Positions 1 to 13,490 are shown, counted from the stretch's first letter. The stretch is DNA of 64,000 nucleotides from Callorhinchus milii (GCF_018977255.1 NW_024704743.1:97776001-97840000), one strand, 5' to 3'. Program-made: numbers and translations. Notes: generated by a model from the letters alone, not told the origin.

Positions 1-504
1 TTATTCCGGAATAAAACCTGGAGACTCGTGGAGAGCAATGTTGGCAAATGCCTGAGAACAGATTGTCCTCCCACACTCTCATCCACAGTTGGTGGGTGGC
101 TGGGGAGAAAACTAGAGGAGGGCATAAAGCAATTTGTTTTTATAAAGGCAAATATTCTTATATATATGTTATTAAGTATTTATTGCACAGATAGTCTATA
201 AGTTTCCAGGACAGTCTTATTAAATTTAGAAGAGTAAAGATTAGAAAAGTGCCACGTTACACCACTTTGAATACTGAATATTTATCAAAACAGATTATTG
301 CCAACCGTACAGAGAAGTCTGAATAAACAGCAGTATGACACATTGATGGATTGTAATGGGCTGTTACAGCTAAAAGATGTGGAATGGTAAAACCTGGATG
401 GTAATAGACAGTGGTGAACAGAGTCCACGTTAGATTAAACTAAATTTAATAACGACTTGATTTTTGGATGTTTAATGTTTATCAATAAGAATTTCTTGTT
501 TCTA

Positions 505-918
505 GCCCAGATCAGTTGGTAGCACTATTACCTCTAAATCAGAAGGCTGTGGGATCAAGCCTTTCATCAGGAACTCATACAGTCCAGGTTGACATTCCTA
601 TATAATCCTAGGAGTATGTTGCATTGTCAGAGGCGCATTCCTTCGAGTGAAACGTTAAATCAAGGTCTCATCTGCCTGTTCTGGTGGAGTTCCTTCTGAT
701 GTCCTAGCCAACAATTTCCTGGGTAATCCATTTTATAAGCTCTTCGGGACCCTACCCCGCGTGAAGGGCGCTATATAAATGCAAGTTTTTGTTGTTGTTG
801 TTGGCTGTTTTGGGGACATCAATGTGTGCAAATTGACAGCTGTGTTCACTCACAAAATCTACATTCACTACGCTTTACAAAAATCCTGTGAACCACTTTG
901 AGACATCCTCCAGATGTG
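505..918 (+). mobile_element. Old Deu-domain SINE (SacSINE1/AmnSINE1-like), decayed, with an L2 tail stub inside (~735-802)
   Basis: tRNA-like head 'cagttggtagcact..cctctaaatcagaaggctgtgggatcaagc'; Deu-type core 'gcattgtcagaggc..gaaacgttaaatcaagg'; 3' 'gctgtttt..gggac..tgtgtgcaaattg'. Confidence 0.7.
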
Positions 919-1619
919 TAGAAAAATGTCACAATCACGTTACCCACTGTCTATATCAATTGTGCATTTTATTCTCTTTCGTGAATAGTGCATTCGGAGT
1001 AATGGTTAATCAACAGGATTTTGTCAAAATGTTAATGTAGGTTGTTGGTTAAAATAAGTTTAACATAATACTAACAAGTAACTTTTAAAACACGTTTCTG
1101 TCATTGATCAGTTGCACAGATATATACCATGGCAAGTGAAACAGTCAATTAAAAAGTAACATTTATTTTATCCTGTGTTCATCTGAAAGAAAGTAACTCA
1201 TGCGGCAGCCCACTAGAGCCTCATCTAAATGCCCATTCTTCACCTTTCAGACTGGATAGTGAATGCCACCATTCATTTGATGAGGAGAGCATCATACACA
1301 AAACACAATTCTGGCCTTACTCAGGAAGATGTGTGTGGTTGTATGCGTAGGAGAATCCTTTAGCCGTTATATGTATAATTTTCACAATGTACCCTTACAC
1401 CACGAAATCCCAATAAATTGTTAAAGTCACTGCGTTTTGTGGGAAGAGGAACTTTTGTCCCCATAGGGTCCACACAGATTCCAGGAGCAGCAACAGGAAC
1501 GGACCCTGTACTGATCTTTTCCTTTGTTCCCTGCGACATCTTGTAATGCCCCTCCAACGTTCTGGCAAAGATCAGCCAACTTAACACAGATTTATTTGGA
1601 AACTTCCTTTTCTGTATGG

Positions 1620-1870
1620 GTCACAAGATTTGTTTGGATGAAGAAGGCCCTCTGGCCCATTTAATCTCATCCTTCCAGAATACCCAGGCTACCGTTCTCC
1701 CATAATAGCACCAAGCTATTTTTTAAATGAGTCCAGTGCCCTACCCTCAACTACCCTTCCTGGCAATCTGTACTGGTAATAGTTAGTCTCTGGATAAAGA
1801 AATCCTACATGGTGTCTGTTCTAAAATTGCCCTTGGAACCCAAACGTGTGTCCTCTTGTTCTACTGTCTT
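1620..1870 (-). mobile_element. Old CR1 3' end remnant
   Basis: 'gaagaaggccctctggccc..ttttaaatgagtccagtg..caactacccttcctggcaatctg..ctgttctaaaattgccctt' matches the reverse complement of the CR1 3' fragment at 27355-27800. Confidence 0.5.
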
Positions 1871-1871
1871 G

Positions 1872-2197
1872 ATAATAGTAATAATAATCCTTGCATTTGT
1901 TATAACGCCTTATGGTGTCTTTTTGAGCCACCTAAAATCGTTTCACAGAATATACTATAAAATGTCAAAGGCTGTGTATTTTGTGAGCCAAACACGACAG
2001 CCAATTTGCCCACAGCAGTGTCTCACCAACAGTCGTAGATCGAGTGACCAAATTATTATTTTTATTTATTTGTTTATTTTTGAAAGGATTATTACCTCCA
2101 GGAAAAGCGATCTGCCAATCGATTAACAACTGGGTTCCGACTTACTGCGAGGTAAACAGAGGCGTGTGTGTGGAGTAAGAAAACTTGCCTAAGGTTT
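1872..2197 (-). mobile_element. tRNA-Ala SINE, long form, 5'-truncated
   Basis: (TAA)n tail plus 'atccttgcatttg', body matching other copies, ending at 'aaacttgcctaaggttt'. Confidence 0.85.
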
Positions 2198-5100
2198 TGA
2201 GTGAGTGAGAGACTTGTATTCTGTACTCAAGTCAAGCTATTTATTCATTTAAAAAGCAACTCAATGCTGTGATGGAGGGATGCTTTCTAACGCATTGTTT
2301 TGTGTTTTCTTTCTCCCATTTAAAATTTTGTACATCTCAATAAGCAGTCAGACATTTTGCAAGAATTTGAATTCCCATGAGAATCGATTCAATGTTGAAA
2401 TGCTTGTTCTTATCATGCTCAACAATGAACTTCTCTTTGTCAGGGTGATGAGGTCAGGCTCCAGCAGGATTTCATAGCCCTTAAATTCACTATGGAACAA
2501 TTCCGAACACAGACAACCTCGCAATGGGGTGTTTGTTATTTTGATGAAATGCATTTGCTTGCTATCACAAATAATTCAGTTACAAGTTTACTTTTTATAT
2601 TATTTATAAGAATTGAATGAAAGAATTACTAAGGTTATCGGGTTAGATCAGTGAGTGTCTGAGGCTGTTGAACATTCTCTCCCACAATTGCAGTAACTTC
2701 TGGTAATACATTTCTTAAACACATCGCAGCACTCAGTCTACTGGGAGAGCACATTTTTAGGAACAGCTCATAACATTTCTTAATACCTGAGGCTGTGCAC
2801 GTAAGCACAACATGAAGGCAGATAGAAAGCTTGAAATTTAATCTATTAAAGGTCTGCATGTGTCAGATCCTATTGAAAGTTTTAAAGGTCTGCTAGAAAA
2901 ATACCAGCATTCTATTTTCGTCTGAACAGTGAATGCTAATGATATCACTGAGAGAACTGTTTAGGAGGAGTTACTGAGCCCAGTGGTATGAAGACTGAGT
3001 TAAAATCAATAGATGTGCAGTGACACCCAAGGTACCTTGGAGATCTCATTTGAACAATGTTACTCAACATCCTTGCATATAAGCTCAGTATTTTTCCTCA
3101 ACCAGAGTTGCACTGATGTTTAAACACAAATATTCAACACATTAAGAGAAAAATAAATCCTGAACTTACTATTAATTGTTTATGACTGTTTTTGAGTTTA
3201 TGTTTACATTGGTTTTCATCAAAGGTACATACAACAAATATCATTTCAGAATGCTTCTGAAAAGAAACTTCCTTGAATTATTGTTTTGCTCTTAGAGTTA
3301 CTCTGAATTATTCTTCTGTCAGTGAATCTCTTACATGAACACGAATGAGTCATTTATTTTTCATTTGCAAGCTGCTTCATAACGGAAAACTTTCATTACA
3401 AAACAGCAAGAGTTATGAAAAGAAGAGGAATTATGAATGTGACACTCATATAGACATTGGTCACTAACTCTGTAAATATTGACACTGTACCTTAAAAGTG
3501 AAAACAGCTATTCTGTCAAGTAGCATAATAAATAATCATATGTCAATATGGAATGCTGGATAGACTTAAATAAATATACAATAAATATTTCAGAACCATA
3601 AACAGAGGTTCTCGGAGGCAGTGGAAATTTCAATGAAATTGGAAGAGAAGGCCAATAATGTCAATAAGTGAAGGATTAATTAGTGGCAGCTTCCAGTTTG
3701 ATTTATTATTAATAATAATAATTCTTGCATATAATATAGCACCTTTTGACATTGAAATGACACTTAGCTGACCGGATCTTCCCCATTAGTCTGTCCACCC
3801 AGGGTTTAAGTGTACCAATAACCATCATTAACTATGGACCATATTGTGGAATTACAACTGATTGTTTTGAAGAAGCCTGAAAATTCACCATAGTAAAAAA
3901 ATACAGGGTTAGGGTTTACTGCAGTTGGTTATTGAGGGGAATGTAACAGGATGTATGGTGATGGGAGTCTTCAATTACCTTCTTAATATGGTGATAAGTG
4001 TCAAAATGGCTGACTTCTGAGAATCTCTCTGTAGATACAGTATCTGAAAGGTCTTAGTGGCATAAGAGCTGATTGCAGTGATCGCTGATAATATACTTTA
4101 GATAGTTGACTATCTTTGCAGATGTTTCTGGCATACCTCAGCCAAAACCTCCTTCGTAATCCTGAACCTCTTTAGACACTCTTTTACTACTTGCTCACTC
4201 TAATTGTGGCAGACCAACTTTCTGCTCTACCTAGTACATTTCCTATGCTCTCTGTGCTCTTGGGGCTCACTATCCTGCACCCCTTCAATCATGATATACT
4301 AGCCTCATATGATGTGGTTAAAATAACTCCAGTGCCGTTCTCTTGCTGCTCACAACACTATATACATAATCCTCACTTTCACCAAGTCCCACGTTAGTTA
4401 CAGAATGTTGCCCATAATCCTCAATAATAGAGAGAAGATTAAACCTGCATTTTTCTTGTGCCTTATCAGGTCGAAACATCTCAATCTCAAAGTGCTTCAT
4501 AAACAATTATTGCCTAGAACAGCGACTGAGGCAACGGTTTGCACATTTAAGATCTCACACACGGTCCTGCAGCAAATGACCAATTAATTTGGAAGATTGT
4601 TGGCCAATAACTAACCAAGTTCTCAACAGCTTTATTTGGCCTCCCCCACAATTGTCCACAGTGAATATCTAACTCCAACATTTGATAAATAGAACGCTCA
4701 GAGTGCAGATAAATAATTCGTCATCACTTTCTCCTGAACTACATCTACTTTTCTCAACGGAGCTTCAGAACCAGGGGAATATTGGGATGTAGTCCCCATT
4801 GGAAAACGTCAAAGAGAAAAAAAGGAATATATTTGCCGCGGATAATTTTGGCTCACTTCTTTAGGGAAAGCAACTGGTTGAGCTAAAGCATTGGTGCAGC
4901 TGGAGTGGGATCAGACATTTCTGGATTAAGCTGTCAAAACCATCAATTTGGTTTCATTCATTAAGTGAGTGTTTAAGAATTTGTTAGCTGCAGGTTTATG
5001 CCCATTTTACAGATGATCAAATTATACCTGAGAATCCTCAGAAAAGACAATGATGACATGATGAATGCGCACATGCACTGCATGAAATTACTTTGCAGAT

Positions 5101-6288
5101 TTAATAATGTGCTGATGAAATGAATAATGATGACAGTCACATTTCCCCCTGTCCACTATGATTGAATCAGGATAATTCTCTGTATTTTGTGTTGGCCTGT
5201 TTATATGCATACATCAGTGTTTAATTATGCCCCTCAGGGAATAAAAAGTCTTTGTAGCATGCCCTTGTCAGTAGTGATATTTCAGTATTTGAGCTAAATG
5301 GTAATATTGTTTCTTTTTAATGTCATATTGTACTGTGGTTGAGGCATGCACGTCTCAATATTCATTTCCATTGCCCTAATCATTTTTAACTTTCACTTTT
5401 AAAATGAGCTTTTCCTGTGAAAAATAATTGAGCTCATGAATAAAATGACATAGATGCATCATTTGTTTCAAAGGCAATTTATTCTGGCTGTTTTCACCTG
5501 CTTGTTTGACAACTAGCACGGATGCTGTAGCCAGTCTGTCATGTTAGTTGCATTCTCATATATACAACTGCTTTGAAAACATCAGACTGCATGCATACAT
5601 CTGCCCACATTTTAGACAGTTAGAAAACATCAGTCAGTCCTGGCATTAAAATGCAAAGTGAGTGTTCGTTTTTCAGTAGAAAGAAGCATAATTTATCAAT
5701 CTCCTTTCTGTCTGTGGCCTTGACAGAATTTCAATATTTTGAGGCTATTTGAAGTCAGTATTTTACAGCCTCTTCTTATCTGCTGCTTTGTTTTGATCAC
5801 GTCCAGCAGACTCAAGAAGATTTGATGGTGATTTATGTCTATCATATTACTCAATTTTATTCTAATCAGACAGACTAGTCAGACATTCATTTCCAATAAA
5901 TTTCAGTCTGGAACTTTACTTTATGCTTTAATGAGGATAGCTGCAGTCGGAGTCAGGCTCCAGCACTGTTAAGCTCTCTGAGACGCTACCGTGCATGGAG
6001 GGTGCAATATAGGTGTAAGTTGTTGTTGCAATCCTTATGCCCAAACTAGAGTTCTTATTGTGCTGAAAAGTCCAAACCGAATGGAGGCTGTGCTCATTAT
6101 CACTGGTAATAATTGTCATATTACAAACTGTTTTCCCTGCAATACTGTATTTCTGTCATTAATTGCCCATAGTACTGCAATCATATCAGATTCAATTAAC
6201 TGCTACCTAGTTATATAGCTCCTGGTTCAAGACCTGAAATTATCATTAGTTGTACCCTGTAACACTGTTTTGTATCAGAACAGAATGT

Positions 6289-6621
6289 GGAGTCCTGTAG
6301 CTCAATGGTTAGAGCACTTGCCTCACAAGCAAGAGACCTGGGTTCAATTCCCAGCAGGGCTAAATGTTGGGCAAGATTCCTTATTCCACACAGCTCTGTT
6401 TACTAGCACCGGGGGTAATAATTCCTTCAAAAAAATAATAATAATAAATTGGTCGCTTCAATCCAAGACAGTTTGTGGGACACTGCTGTCCTCAATTGGC
6501 TGCCGCATTTCGCCCACAAAATGTACAGTCAATTCACTTACAGTATATTCTGTGAAGCACTTTGAGGCGTCTCAAAGATGTGATAAAGTGCTATATCAAA
6601 TGCAAGGATTATTATTATTAT
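6289..6621 (+). mobile_element. tRNA-Ala-headed SINE, full length
   Basis: Head ggagtcctgtagctcaatggttagagc (A box) ... ggttcaattccc (B box); tail 'gctatatcaaatgcaaggattattattatta'. Confidence 0.92.
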
Positions 6622-6844
6622 GATTGCTAATGAAATCTCAGTCCAGGTGCATTTTGTTTCTCAGTTATGCACCGATTAGTTCTTGTCAAATCCTTTCATT
6701 TGATATAGTACCTTATCGCATTTTCGAGGTTTGCCCACAAAATATACAGTCAATTCACTTTACAGCATATTTCTATGAAGCACTTTGAGATGTCTCAACA
6801 ATGTGATAAGGTGCTATATCAAATGCAAAGATTGTTATTATTAT

Positions 6845-7140
6845 GTCACAAAACACTTCACAAGATCTTCTATAAAGTGTAGTGACTACATTTGTGGGCA
6901 AATGAAACAGCTAACTTGCACACAGCAATGTCACATGAAGCAGCCTCGACCAATTTGACCTGTTTGATGGTTGGCGAATACTTTGGGAGAAACTCCCTTC
7001 TATTTTCAAATTATGCCATGGGGTCTTTATCGTTTACCTGGAGAGGAAGACAGGACCTTAGTTTACATCTAAAAAACAGTACCTTTGAAAATGTGACACA
7101 CCCTAAGCACCGCATTGAAGTGTCAAGCTTGTTTATGAGC
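6845..7140 (-). mobile_element. Old Deu-domain SINE remnant
   Basis: 'ttgcacacagcaatgtc..tgccatggggtcttt..acaggaccttagtttacatc..cagtacctttgaaaatg' is the reverse complement of the Deu body. Confidence 0.6.
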
Positions 7141-7179
7141 TCAAACACAGAGTTCTATACATATAGAACTGATTGTTAG

Positions 7180-8506
7180 TAATAATAATAATCCTTGCAT
7201 TTGATATAGCGCCTTATTACGTCTTCAAGATTTCTCAAAGCTTGTCACAGAATATACTGTAAAGTGGACGAAAAGCCCACAAAATTGTTAGTTTTTGAAC
7301 CAGAAAAAGATTAGTATCCTGCAGACAGCTAATATATAAACACTGATCTATCAAAACACAACCGAGTTTCATCAGGCTGTGTGCTGATATGCTTTATTAT
7401 GGCTGGATAATGAGGAAATTCAACACGACAATAATAATAATACTTGCATTTTGATATAGTGTTTTTCACGTCTTCTAAACGTCTCAAATTTGAATACTGA
7501 ATTTAAGATTATTTTTAAATCTTTAAATAAAACAATAGAAAATTAAATTTCTTTTAAATTATGACTGAGTAGTAAAAATGACATTCAAGGACCAGTCTCG
7601 TCAAATTGAACATAGGCTGAAAGTTTGATGGTCTCAACACTTCAATCATCCAGGCTGTCTTATTGTGGCAAGAATGTACACATTTATGTGTATTGATGCT
7701 TAAGTCAACTCATCCTTAAGCAGTGAGTCATCCCTAACGTAATTCTCTTCATACATAGTCTGATCTCTTGATTTTTGTATCTGTAGGAGATGGCTTGCTG
7801 CACCAGTGACAACTCAAGCAAAACAAATGGGATATAAAGAGAATGGGTGAGACAATAGAAATGAAAAGTGCTTTATGCATAACAATGTCAAATTTCATCG
7901 AGTCAAATACTGCATCAAATATTTTCTATGTACAGAACAATTTCCGTCCATTGCAGTACAAAATACATCACTTTTGGGGGGGGGGGGGGGGGGTCAGCCG
8001 CGTGTCTGATATATGCGGAAACCCATTCTTAGGAAGTATCCAAATCAAACTGAGAGAACCATGCATCCCATGTATACATGGAAATCCCAGACATATTGAT
8101 TGGCATGTGCACTCTGTCTCTCTGGAGGGACATATTCTGCTTACCCAATTTCCAAGGTGTATAAGGTTGGCAAGACTCCGGCACATCATTCCCTAACGCA
8201 CAATCTGGCATATATCTCAGAGTATATATTGGGGGTACCGCTGGAGTCTAACCAGCTAAAACTACATAGATTGCCATTGAAGGCACTAACTGGGAAGCTT
8301 TCCCATTGCTTGTCCAGCTAGGACTGCCCTATCCATTAGGCTTTTGGCTTGCAGGGTTAATGGGAGCTGAGTGAGAAGAGTACCTGTCTCCAGGGATTGA
8401 TATTCCCTTCCAAGTCATACCAATAAATCAAGATGGCTGTGCTGTCATCAGCAGTGCCCTGGAGTGTTCCAGATCTGCCTGGCTCAGGAACTGGGCTACC
8501 AAGACC
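7180..8506 (+). repeat. Arm A of a ~1.3 kb inverted duplication (partner 29755-31687)
   Basis: Colinear reverse-complement match to arm B over non-repeat sequence. For example 7801-7910 differs from the reverse complement of ~30497-30606 at about 7 of 110 nt, and the ORF track gives paralogous peptides MGETIEMKSALC.. and MDETIEMKSALC.. Confidence 0.93.
7994..8175. repeat. ~200-bp interspersed repeat, possibly a hAT-type MITE remnant; other copies at ~30312-30470, ~45765-45963 and ~48830-48978
   Basis: Shared core 'gtatccaaatcaaactgaga..catgcatccca..tacatggaaat' in four places; one end reads 'aggttggcaa', reminiscent of hAT GGGTTGCCA-type termini (inference). Confidence 0.7.
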
Positions 8507-8914
8507 ACCACATTCTGACATACAATTTAATTTGGGATAAATTCAGCTCCAAGAAGACCCCACTTCCTTGTGGGCAACAAAGCTCAGCCCACTGTTCGGA
8601 CACACATCTCTTCCCATTGAGCAATGGTTCCACCAGTTGGTAGTGTGGAGATTGAACAGCAGCTTCTTACCTCTCTGCAAACCAATCATGGTGGATTCCA
8701 AGCGCTGGATGTTACAAACGTATATTCGCAAACTCGTACTCCAGGTACCACCTTGCAGCAGCTATCGCCCCAAGCCTTTGCTTCATCACAATATCACTTC
8801 ATCAGAATAGATTAATAATCAATTTAACCTGGGGAAATCTTTCGTGAGATCAACATTTTTATGAGTAAATATTATTTGGATGTGGTTGTTTGTGCCGAAA
8901 CCCCACAATAAGCA

Positions 8915-9170
8915 TTGGATGATTTCTCTAATGTACTCCTCACTAGTCTTCCCAACTCCGTTATTTTTCACCTGTACCAAATTTCACATGACCATCATCT
9001 CAGTCCTTGGCAGGTTTCACTGACTCCCTGTTGCAGAATGGATAGATCTCAAGATCCTCACACTCACCTACAAATCAATTCATGTCCTGACACTTCCCTA
9101 ATTCCAAGTCGCTTGAGCCTTCTGCCATCCCTTGTGAGGTCACTTCTATTGTCTTACCCATTCGCTTTAT
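8915..9170 (+). mobile_element. Old L2 ORF2 C-terminal remnant
   Basis: LDDFSNVLLTSLP resembles the LNYAKSLLVGLP / LDSANALLVSLP motifs of the younger L2 copies; 'gatagatctcaagatcctc' resembles IDFKIL. Confidence 0.6.
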
Positions 9171-10210
9171 CTAATAATAATAATCATTGCATTTGCTATA
9201 ACGCACATGTGGAAAACACTCAGATACTTTATAGGGAATTTATAGGCAATGCGATCAATTTAAAAATGACAAAGGCCATGAGGAATAATTACGTAAAATA
9301 AATAATACAAATATAGTGAGTTAGCACATCGAAACATCTCAAACTACATTATAGAGTTTTCTGTAAAGTATAGTGACGGTGTACTTTTTAAGTGAACGCT
9401 CCAGCCAATTTGCACACAGCAATGTCCCCCAAGCAGCCATAAAGTGAATGATCAATCTACTGGGAGACCATCAGAAATTCCTTTCATGCCTGGTTGTGGG
9501 ATATTGCTGTGTGTAAATTATCTGCCATATTCACTTACAAAATACACAGTCACTACGGTTTACAGTAAATCTTGCAAAGAACTTTGCGACGTCCTCTCAA
9601 CAAGAAAGGCGCTATGTCAAATGCAAGGATTAATATACAATTCATAATTATATGCATGTTCAACTTAAATTAATGTAAGTTCTGAAGGAATGACAACATC
9701 TCCAGTTTCTCACAGAATACAACAAAGCACATAAGCTATCAAGTGATTCTCAGAAGAACAAAAACCTTAATTAATTAATTAATTATTACCTGATGAATAA
9801 TTTAGGACTGGGGAAACAGGATTGTGCTAAAATGTAACTTTGTGACGTTGTAAAAAAATAGTTATCACTTATTAGGTTGCAAAATGAACATGGGGTCTTT
9901 TAGGCTTTTATCACAAGTGCATTTAAGCGCTCCAAGATGTTACCCATGTGAAGGGTATTATATAACTGCAAGTTGTCGTTGCTGTTATCACATATTATTA
10001 CACTATTTGGTTTTGAAACAATGCTAAAGAAAACCAAACAAATAACTTGGCCACAAATGCCATAAAAGGGTGAAAGACATACTCTTCAAGGTACAAGTGC
10101 CTCCTTGTCTCTTGCATTCTATTTACAGTAAGAGTCTTCACAAACCAGTTGAGTAGTTCAATAGACATAGAGTACACTGGATTTTATCCACTTTGTGCTC
10201 ACTTTACAAT

Positions 10211-10562
10211 AGGGTGTCAGCTTGGTTCACTTAATGGCATTTTTTGCTTCATGGTCAGAACTTTGTGGGTTCAAACCCCACATCGGGTTGGGGAATTGGC
10301 CTTGCAATCTATGTTAATCCTCCAGTGCAGTGCCAGGGATACCATCATTCAGATGAGATGTTAAACCAAGGTCTGTGAGATGTCACATGACACCAGATAT
10401 TTGATCATTCACTTCATGGTTGTTTTGGAAATTCTTGCTTTGAGAAAATTGGTTGCTGCATTAACCGACAAATATACAGTCACTAAACTTGGCAACAATT
10501 ACCCATGAAGGACTTTAAGAGTTTTTGAGTTGTATGCACTACATTGAAATACAAGGTTTATT
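10211..10562 (+). mobile_element. Old Deu-domain SINE
   Basis: 'ggtcagaactttgtgggttcaaacccca..ccagtgcagtgc..cagatgagatgttaaaccaaggtc..cattcacttcatggttgttt'. Confidence 0.65.
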
Positions 10563-10834
10563 GGAACTGTTATTACATCAAAAACATTTTTTATCATACC
10601 ACTTGAAGGGAATGTGTAAAAAAAATCTTCAGAAACTGGAAAAATTGTGATTGAATTCTTTCCACAATTCAAGAATATCCAATGTCATGGTAATAACGTA
10701 CAAGTAATAATAATAATAATATTATAATAATATAATATAAGTACAGTAATAATATAAGATTTTAATTCACCAAAGATTTATGCATTAAATAACAGTAATG
10801 ATTAATGAATGATGTTGCCATATGCTTAAGTCAT

Positions 10835-11225
10835 AAGTCATTGAAACGTCTCAAAGCACTTCACATTAATTTATTGTAAAGTGTAGTGACTGTTTATTTG
10901 TCAGCAAATGTGGAAAGCACTTAAGTAAAGCAATGTCCCACACACAGTCATGAAGTAATGACCAATTTTAAGTGGAGGGAAAGTTGGCCAGAATATTGAG
11001 GGAAATTCCTTTTTATTTTCAAATTACAGCATGGGATCTTTAATCTTTGCTTCAATTTAACAGGCAGATGAGACCTCAGTTTAACATCCTCCCTGAAGGA
11101 TGGCATCTCTGACAATGAAGCGGTTTCCAGTTCTACAGTGGAGTGTCACCCCAGTGTAAGAGTTTAAAATCCTAATATGAGGCTTGAACCCGGATCGTTC
11201 TGACTCAGAAGTGCTACCAATTGAA
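10835..11225 (-). mobile_element. Old Deu-domain SINE
   Basis: 'catgggatcttt..acaggcagatgagacctcagtttaacatc..ggcatctctgacaatg..ggcttgaaccc..ttctgactcaga..gtgctaccaattga'. Confidence 0.75.
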
Positions 11226-12981
11226 ACACAGGCAATGAACCACAACATAGTGGTAATACAGGCAGCAGATGAAGTTAAATAAATATATAGATTTCTATCT
11301 CTTAACTAAAACTAAAAAAATGAGAAATGAAAAATAATGCACCTGAATTGAAATGTACTCAAGCCTTTAAAAGCAAGTTTGCCTGGTGAAGCTAAAAAGC
11401 ATCAGGAAAGATTAGAAATTTTGCTCTCTGCAGGAGTCGATATGTGGAACAGACTTTCAGTGAAAGCAACTGACACTGCATTGATTAAGTTCTCCAAAAA
11501 TAACTGGATAAATATCTGGTAGAGAGCAGCATCGAAGGATATAGAGGTCAGTGCAGACTGAGATAACCAAATGCTCCACGGGGCATTATAGTTTCTGTGC
11601 TACAGGGGCTGATATCACAAAATTAGTTAAAGGGAAGGTTAGAAAGAATTTTTTTACACAGAAGATAGTTAGAATATAGACCACAATTGATGCAGAGTGC
11701 ATAAATTATTCTTAAAAGGAAACTGGATAGACATTCGAAACAAGGGAATGTTAAAGGGTATATACTACTAATAATAAACCTTGCATTTGACATACAATAC
11801 AATACATATTTATATGTCAGGAGGATAATTACCTGCAGAAACAGCCCTCCCTCTCTAGAACTCTCTCTTAGTGTAAGGTGTGACATATTGTGTCCAAACA
11901 AAAATGCAGACTATTCCATTTGGCCTCGTTGCTCTTCATATAAGCATTCTAGCTTCGAGGTTTTACTCCATTTACGGGATGTGAGCCTCAAATGATCTAT
12001 AATTTCCCGATTCATGACTCACCCCTTTTCTAAATAATTAGATAGTATTCACTATCCTTCAGTCACATCGGTTCCTGTATTTATTTGAGATCCTAAAAAT
12101 ACTAATCAGAGCTTCATCTATTTCCTCGCTCACTTCCTTAGGGTTGCACAGTTGGTTCTACCCAGGCCAGCTGTGTCAATAGAGCTAATAATTGGGGGCC
12201 AGATAGAATCCATTACCTCAATCCCTCGATGCTGTGCAAGAGTTGTGCACAAGGTGAATATATGATGGGTTCCCGATTTCCACTTCAGAAGCAATTTTCT
12301 TATTGAAGATTGACCTGATCACACTGAAATCAGACCTCCTCAATCTTTCAAGTCTGGCTTTTGGAATGCCTCAATCACTGAGAAACATTTGTAAAATATT
12401 TGCTCCTACTTTCCAATAAGCTTCATGGGAGCAGGAGGGTAAAAAAGCAGAAATGTATGAAACAGATTTTAAAATTAAATTGTTTTATTTCCAGTAGAAA
12501 CTAATACAAAGTAAAATTAACTTTGAAAATGGACAGGGAGAAAATAGAGAAGGGAAAATAGAAGTAAAATGGGTGATAGGAGAGCCAAGTATTTAAAATG
12601 TCTTTACTTTAAATTGTGTTTAAACAATTAACATTTTTCAACAGATCTCCTAGCAGGATTAATGACTTCATCTATTTTACAATAATATTTTGTTAATGCC
12701 ATGAGTTTCTCTTGGATCAGCTCTTATTATTGCTAAAGCACTTACAACAATTAACTTGTTATAGCTACTTTTTGTTTCCTGTAAAAAATACTGCATAAGA
12801 TTATTACTGATGCCATACTGATGCAATTAAAAATATAACAGACAAACCATAAAACTAAAGCCATTCTTTTCTTTTTCCCTTGGGGGTGATGATGGATATT
12901 TTTAGTTTACATTATCTTGTATATTCTAAATAGTACGATAGTATGCCCCACCAAATAGGTTTCCGGTTGAAAGTGTTGTAG

Positions 12982-13490
12982 TGTCAGCCTTCGTTCAGTT
13001 GGTAGCACTTATGCCTCTTAGTCAAAAGGTTGTGGGATCAATCCCCTTATTAAGACTTAGAACTCATATAGTCCAAGCTGATAGTCTTTAAACTTGGACT
13101 ATATGAAGGATTATTGCATTGTCCTTCGGTTAAGATGTTAAACCAAGATCCCACCTGCTGTTCAGGTGGACGTCAGCACTTTGGTACGTCCTCCCGACAT
13201 GAAAGGTGCTCTATAAATGTCATTTTGTTGTTGTTGTTTTTGACATTAAAGATCCCATGACACTACTCGAAAAGAGAAGGGAGTTTCTCCATGTATTCTG
13301 GCCATCAATCCCTCAAATAAAATTGACCATTCACTTCATGGCTGTTTATGAGACATTGCAGTCGTGTTCACCTACAAACACACAGTCACTTCACTGTACA
13401 GTAAATCTTGTAAAGCACGTTAAGACGTCTTCCCAATGTGAAAAGCAATATACCAAATGTAAGTATTATTAAAGATTATTATTATTATAT
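12982..13490 (+). mobile_element. Old Deu-domain SINE with an L2 tail stub inside (~13172-13238)
   Basis: 'ttcagttggtagcacttatgcctcttagtcaaaaggttgtggg..gatgttaaaccaag..ttcaggtggacg..aaagatcccatg..gggagtttctcc'. Confidence 0.75.

Noticed and set aside
3027..3040. 14-bp perfect palindrome ccaaggtaccttgg
   Set aside because: A few palindromes of this length are expected by chance in 64 kb
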